Shown here piece after piece: positions 59,760-64,000 of a stretch of DNA of 64,000 nucleotides; the stretch's first letter is position 1, and every line of letters begins with the position of its first letter. The notes below the pieces were generated by a model. That model worked only from the letters and a program-made list of their open reading frames with translations, searched no databases and was not told the DNA's origin. A program made the position numbers and the translations under genes. Location: positions 7,938 to 71,937 of the forward strand of contig CALDQM010000104.1 of NCBI GenBank assembly GCA_937911225.1, written 5' to 3'. This stretch comes from an uncultured Cellvibrionales bacterium. Lineage in GTDB: Bacteria > Pseudomonadota > Gammaproteobacteria > Pseudomonadales > Porticoccaceae.

Positions 59760-61790
59760 GTGTCGAATAATCTAAACTCGCAGCAAAAAGCTGCCCTAAA
59801 ATATATCGATGGGCCTCTGTTGGTGCTTGCCGGTGCCGGTAGTGGTAAAACCAGCGTTATTACACAGAAAATTGCCTACTTAGTAGAGCAATGTGACATT
59901 CCGGCCCGAAATATAGCGGCCGTAACCTTCACTAATAAAGCTGCTCGTGAGATGAAAGCGAGGGTTTCAAAGCTGATGCCCAAAGATAAGGCTCGCGGAC
60001 TAACAGTGTCTACCTTTCATAATCTTGGGCTAACCATTATTCGTACAGAAATAAAAACGCTAGGGTTTAAGCCAGGTTTTTCTATTCTTGACCAAGAAGA
60101 TTGTCGCAAACTATTAAAAGAACTTATGGTTCGTCACAGTGAGTTGGACGACAAACTACTTGACCAAGTGCAAAGTACTATTTCCAACTGGAAGAATTCA
60201 TTGCTTGAGCCTGGGCAAGCTACAGGTGCGTCCGATAGCACTGGTGAGCAAGGGATTGCGATGCTTTATGAGCGTTATCAGAGGGCACTCAAAGCCTACA
60301 ATGCGGTAGACTTTGATGATCTTATAATGACCCCAGTCATGCTCTTTAGACAGTATCCAGACATACTTAGCAAGTGGCAACGGAGGATCCGTTATCTGCT
60401 GGTTGATGAATATCAAGACACAAATCTAGCGCAATATGAATTGGTAAAAACCCTTGTCAATGAGAAACAAGCACTCACCGTAGTAGGTGATGACGATCAG
60501 TCTATTTACGCATGGCGTGGCGCTCGACCAGAAAATTTAATGCAGCTACAAACTGACTTTCCTGGTCTAGAGATTATAAAACTAGAACAAAACTATCGCT
60601 CAACTGGGCGCATTCTTCGTGCTGCGAACACCCTGATTGACAATAATCCTCACTTAATCAGTAAGCAACTTTGGAGCGAGTTGGGCCCTGGAGACCCACT
60701 CCGCTTAATCAGTGCAGAAAACGAAGAAGATGAATGTGAGCGGGTGGTTAACGAAATCATCGATATGCGACTCAAGCGGCGTTGTAAGTACAGTGATTTT
60801 GCTGTCCTATATCGTGGAAACTATCAAGCCAAGTTGGTCGAAATTAAACTGCAATCACAGAATATTCCCTATGAGATCACTGGTGGGCAGTCGTTCTATG
60901 CAAAAACCGAAATTAAGGATGTGATGGCTTATCTTCGCCTCCTCATTAATCCAGATGATGACAATGCCCTACTGCGAATTATTAATACCCCTCGGCGTCA
61001 GGTTGGACCAACCACTCTCGAGAAACTAGGCAATTATGCCAACCAACGCGGGCTGTCACTCTATAGTGCAATTGATGAAGTTGGTCTAAGCGCAAGCATG
61101 CCAGAAAATAACCTACAGCGACTTAGACGATTTAAACACTGGGTTCAGCAAGTGAGTAAAAATGTTTATTCTGGTGATCCTATCGCCGCCATTAATGAAA
61201 TGCTGAGTGATGCAGACTATCTTGGTTGGTTACACCAAAATGCTAGTAGTGACCATGTTGCACAGAAACGCTGGGCAAATGTTACCTTTTTACTCGCTCA
61301 ACTTACGCAAGTACTAAAAAATGATTCGTCTGATAATGAAAATGATAAGGGCGACAGTGCTATTGAAAGTGCCATCGCCAAGCTGATATTACGTGATATT
61401 TTGGATCGAGAAGAGGAAGAGTCTGCCGATGATAAAGTACAGCTACTGACCCTCCATGCAGCCAAAGGTCTAGAATTCCCCCACGTCTTTATGATCGGCA
61501 TGGAAGAGGATATATTGCCACACAGAAACAGCGTAGAAGGCGGTCAAATTGAAGAGGAGCGCCGACTTGCCTACGTTGGCATAACTCGAGCCCAGAGGAC
61601 CTTAACGATGACGTGTGCACGACAGCGCACCCAGTTTGGTGAGAAATCAGCCACAACACCGAGTCGCTTTGTCGATGAGTTGCCTGAAGACGACCTTATC
61701 AGGATTGGTGGTAATGTAGAGGTTAACGAAGAACAAAATCAAGCTAAGGGAGAGGAGTCTTTAGCCGCGCTTAAATCGTTATTTAGTTAA
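59760..61790 (+). CDS. rep: ATP-dependent DNA helicase Rep
   Basis: LAGAGSGKTSVIT..I, LVDEYQDTN, VGDDDQSIYAWRGA, LEQNYRST, EERRLAYVGITRA; no UvrD-type C-terminal tail. Confidence 0.93.
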   Translation: MSNNLNSQQKAALKYIDGPLLVLAGAGSGKTSVITQKIAYLVEQCDIPARNIAAVTFTNKAAREMKARVSKLMPKDKARGLTVSTFHNLGLTIIRTEIKTLGFKPGFSILDQEDCRKLLKELMVRHSELDDKLLDQVQSTISNWKNSLLEPGQATGASDSTGEQGIAMLYERYQRALKAYNAVDFDDLIMTPVMLFRQYPDILSKWQRRIRYLLVDEYQDTNLAQYELVKTLVNEKQALTVVGDDDQSIYAWRGARPENLMQLQTDFPGLEIIKLEQNYRSTGRILRAANTLIDNNPHLISKQLWSELGPGDPLRLISAENEEDECERVVNEIIDMRLKRRCKYSDFAVLYRGNYQAKLVEIKLQSQNIPYEITGGQSFYAKTEIKDVMAYLRLLINPDDDNALLRIINTPRRQVGPTTLEKLGNYANQRGLSLYSAIDEVGLSASMPENNLQRLRRFKHWVQQVSKNVYSGDPIAAINEMLSDADYLGWLHQNASSDHVAQKRWANVTFLLAQLTQVLKNDSSDNENDKGDSAIESAIAKLILRDILDREEEESADDKVQLLTLHAAKGLEFPHVFMIGMEEDILPHRNSVEGGQIEEERRLAYVGITRAQRTLTMTCARQRTQFGEKSATTPSRFVDELPEDDLIRIGGNVEVNEEQNQAKGEESLAALKSLFS

Positions 61791-61795
61791 CGAAA

Positions 61796-62080
61796 TTAAA
61801 TACCATTATTCACGCGCGTCCGCAGCTCTTTGCCTGGCTTAAAATAAGGCACGTATTTACCACGCAAATCTACGGCGTCGCCCGTCTTAGGATTACGCCC
61901 TACTCTAGCCGCACGATAGTGCAATGAGAAGCTTCCAAACCCTCTAATCTCAACCCGCTGATTATCAGCCAATGTCGACGCCATGCGCTCCAGAATCATT
62001 CTCACTGCTAATTCCACATCGCGTGGAAGCAGCTGATCTTGATTAGACGAAATTTTTTCAATAAGTTCAGACTTGGTCAT
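61796..62080 (-). CDS. ihfB: Integration host factor subunit beta
   Basis: [39 protein letters not shown]; downstream of rpsA. Confidence 0.97.
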   Translation of the reverse strand: MTKSELIEKISSNQDQLLPRDVELAVRMILERMASTLADNQRVEIRGFGSFSLHYRAARVGRNPKTGDAVDLRGKYVPYFKPGKELRTRVNNGI

Positions 62081-62178
62081 ACGAGCTCTTTATTTAGAAG
62101 GATGGTATTTTTATTAGTGGTTGATTTTATTGAAGTTTTGAAAAAATTCAAGTAAAAACTTAAGAGATTTTGATATTT

Positions 62179-62210
62179 AAAAAAAAAGGGTGGCAAAGCC
62201 ACCCTTTTTT
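62179..62210 (-). terminator. Rho-independent terminator after rpsA
   Basis: AGGGTGGC-AAA-GCCACCCT flanked by A9 and T6 tracts. Confidence 0.88.
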
Positions 62211-62225
62211 ATCTTCTTTGGCAGA

Positions 62226-63905
62226 TTACTTATCCATCTGCGCCTTAATCAGATCACCAATCGTAGTCGGAGCTGCTGCAGAAGACTCTTCTTCAGTGCT
62301 ACGATGCGCTTTCACCGCAGCCTTCTCTTCAGAAACATCTTTCGCTTTAATCGACAAGTTAATCACGCGATTCTTGCGATCAACATTAATCACCTTGGCT
62401 TCGACTTCAGCACCTACAGTCAGTTCTTGACGAGCGTCTTCAACTTTCTCGCGAGAAAGCTCAGAACCCTTCAAGATGGCTTCAATACCGTCAGCCAGAG
62501 TAATAACCGCTCCCTTGGCGTCGACTTCTTTAACCGTACCGGTAACAATCGTACCTTTGTCATTTTGGTCAACATAGTTGCTAAACGGATCATCGGACAG
62601 CTGCTTAATTCCAAGAGAGATACGCTCTCTTTCTGCATCAATACTTAGAACTACTGTCTCTACTTCGTCACCTTTCTTAAAGTTTCGAACGGCTTCTTCG
62701 CCAGTTTCGTCCCAAGAAATATCAGACAGATGAACCAAACCATCAATACCGCCATCAAGACCAATGAAGATACCGAAATCGGTGATCGATTTGATGTTTC
62801 CAGAAACTTTGTCACCCTTAGTTTTGGTTCCAGCAAAGTCATCCCAAGGATTGGTGAAGCATTGCTTAATACCCAGCGAAATACGACGACGTTCTTCATC
62901 GATATCAAGGACCATAACTTCAACTTCTTGACCAAGATCAACAATCTTTGAAGGATGAACATTCTTATTAGTCCAATCCATCTCTGAAACGTGAACCAAA
63001 CCTTCAACACCATCTTCGAGTTCAGCAAAGCAGCCGTAGTCAGTAAGATTAGTAATTGTCGCTTTAACACGAGCGCCTTCTGGGTAACGTCCTTTGATAT
63101 CGCCCCAAGGATCTTCGCCCATTTGCTTCATACCCAGTGAGACGCGATTACGCTCTCGGTCAAACTTAAGAACCTTAACATCGATTTCATCACCAACATT
63201 AATCATCTCAGACGGATGCTTAATACGCTTCCAAGACATATCTGTAATATGCAACAGGCCATCAATACCACCAAGATCAACGAATGCGCCGTAATCAGTC
63301 AGATTCTTGATCACGCCCTTCAATGATGCACCTTCTTCAAGATTAGCAAGCAACTCATCACGTTCAGCAGAGTTTGCACTCTCCATAACAGCACGCCGAC
63401 TTACAACGACATTATTACGTTTGGCATCAAGCTTAATAACTTTAAATTCTAAATCGATATTCTCTAAGTGAGTAATCTCACGTAGTGGACGAACATCTAC
63501 CAGCGAACCCGGAAGGAATGCGCGCAAACCACGAACATCGACAGTAAAGCCGCCTTTGACTTTGCCGCTGATAACACCAATAACCACTTCATCCGCTGTA
63601 TGGGCTGCTTCAAGTTCAATCCAAGACTCAGCACGACGGGCTTTTTCACGAGATAGTTTGGTAGCGCCAAAGCCATCTTCAACAGCTTCAAGAGCGACCT
63701 GTACCTCGTCACCAATGGCGACTTCTAGTTCGCCCTTGTCATTATAAAATTGATCTAACGATATGACGCCTTCAGACTTTAGTCCAGCGTGGACTGTTAC
63801 CCAGTCTTTATCGATGTCGATAACTACGCCAGTAATAATAGCGCCAGGATTCATCTCAACGGTTTTGAGACTCTCTTCAAATAGTTCTTGGAAATTTTCG
63901 ATCAT
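62226..63905 (-). CDS. rpsA: 30S ribosomal protein S1
   Basis: [37 protein letters not shown], six S1 repeats, TTIGDLIK. Confidence 0.98.
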   Translation of the reverse strand: MIENFQELFEESLKTVEMNPGAIITGVVIDIDKDWVTVHAGLKSEGVISLDQFYNDKGELEVAIGDEVQVALEAVEDGFGATKLSREKARRAESWIELEAAHTADEVVIGVISGKVKGGFTVDVRGLRAFLPGSLVDVRPLREITHLENIDLEFKVIKLDAKRNNVVVSRRAVMESANSAERDELLANLEEGASLKGVIKNLTDYGAFVDLGGIDGLLHITDMSWKRIKHPSEMINVGDEIDVKVLKFDRERNRVSLGMKQMGEDPWGDIKGRYPEGARVKATITNLTDYGCFAELEDGVEGLVHVSEMDWTNKNVHPSKIVDLGQEVEVMVLDIDEERRRISLGIKQCFTNPWDDFAGTKTKGDKVSGNIKSITDFGIFIGLDGGIDGLVHLSDISWDETGEEAVRNFKKGDEVETVVLSIDAERERISLGIKQLSDDPFSNYVDQNDKGTIVTGTVKEVDAKGAVITLADGIEAILKGSELSREKVEDARQELTVGAEVEAKVINVDRKNRVINLSIKAKDVSEEKAAVKAHRSTEEESSAAAPTTIGDLIKAQMDK

Positions 63906-64000
63906 GGGAAGTACCTAGGGTATGACAGAGAATCAACTGCGACAGATAGCAGTAGCCTCTTTTTTCCGCAATGCCAGTTTCTGCGGGTCAGTTACAATTA

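Noticed and set aside
1455-63747. The many 60-165 aa ORFs nested in or antisense to recognised genes (for example 5679..6056, 21169..21666, 41324..41776, 55064..55477, 62190..62648)
   Set aside because: They are shadow frames of conserved genes, with no recognisable domains or independent RBS support.
1-64000. CRISPR array, tRNA/rRNA genes, IS or integron attC sites, prophage
   Set aside because: No regularly spaced repeats, tRNA T-arm or cloverleaf patterns, transposase or integrase ORFs, or phage structural genes were seen by eye. A tRNAscan, Infernal or ISEScan run would be needed to exclude them fully.

Overview
A compact, almost fully coding 64-kb core-genome segment of a gammaproteobacterium. 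Pseudomonas-like gene blocks (nadK-rhomboid-yeaC-DUF2797; ilvIH-pssA; rpsF-rpsR-rplI-dnaB; lptGF-pepA-holC-valS; ihfB-rpsA) and very short intergenic gaps suggest a streamlined marine lineage such as Cellvibrionales/SAR92; this is inference, not a database result. About 62 CDS are supported, mostly housekeeping (purC, clpB, pntAB, ispB, fabAB, ssb, uvrA, leuA, ilvIH, panC, dnaB, ribosomal proteins, glpK, valS, rep). I saw no rRNA, tRNA, CRISPR array, integrase, transposase or prophage. Points of most interest: (1) a Leu-rich 28-codon leader peptide upstream of leuA, missed by the ORF track and lacking an intrinsic terminator; (2) leuA is translationally coupled to a probable cryptic DNA polymerase III psi (holD) gene and to rimI; (3) a minimal stand-alone SET-domain gene directly after fabAB; (4) an alternative coxMNOPQ-type cytochrome c oxidase operon with no assembly genes, divergent from a ligand-binding LuxR-type regulator; (5) a decayed HNH endonuclease fragment in a 635-bp intergenic gap; (6) a ~25-aa insertion in the DnaB motor domain; (7) several candidate operator palindromes, one overlapping a sigma-32-type clpB promoter. 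All product calls come from motif recognition by eye and were not checked by database search.
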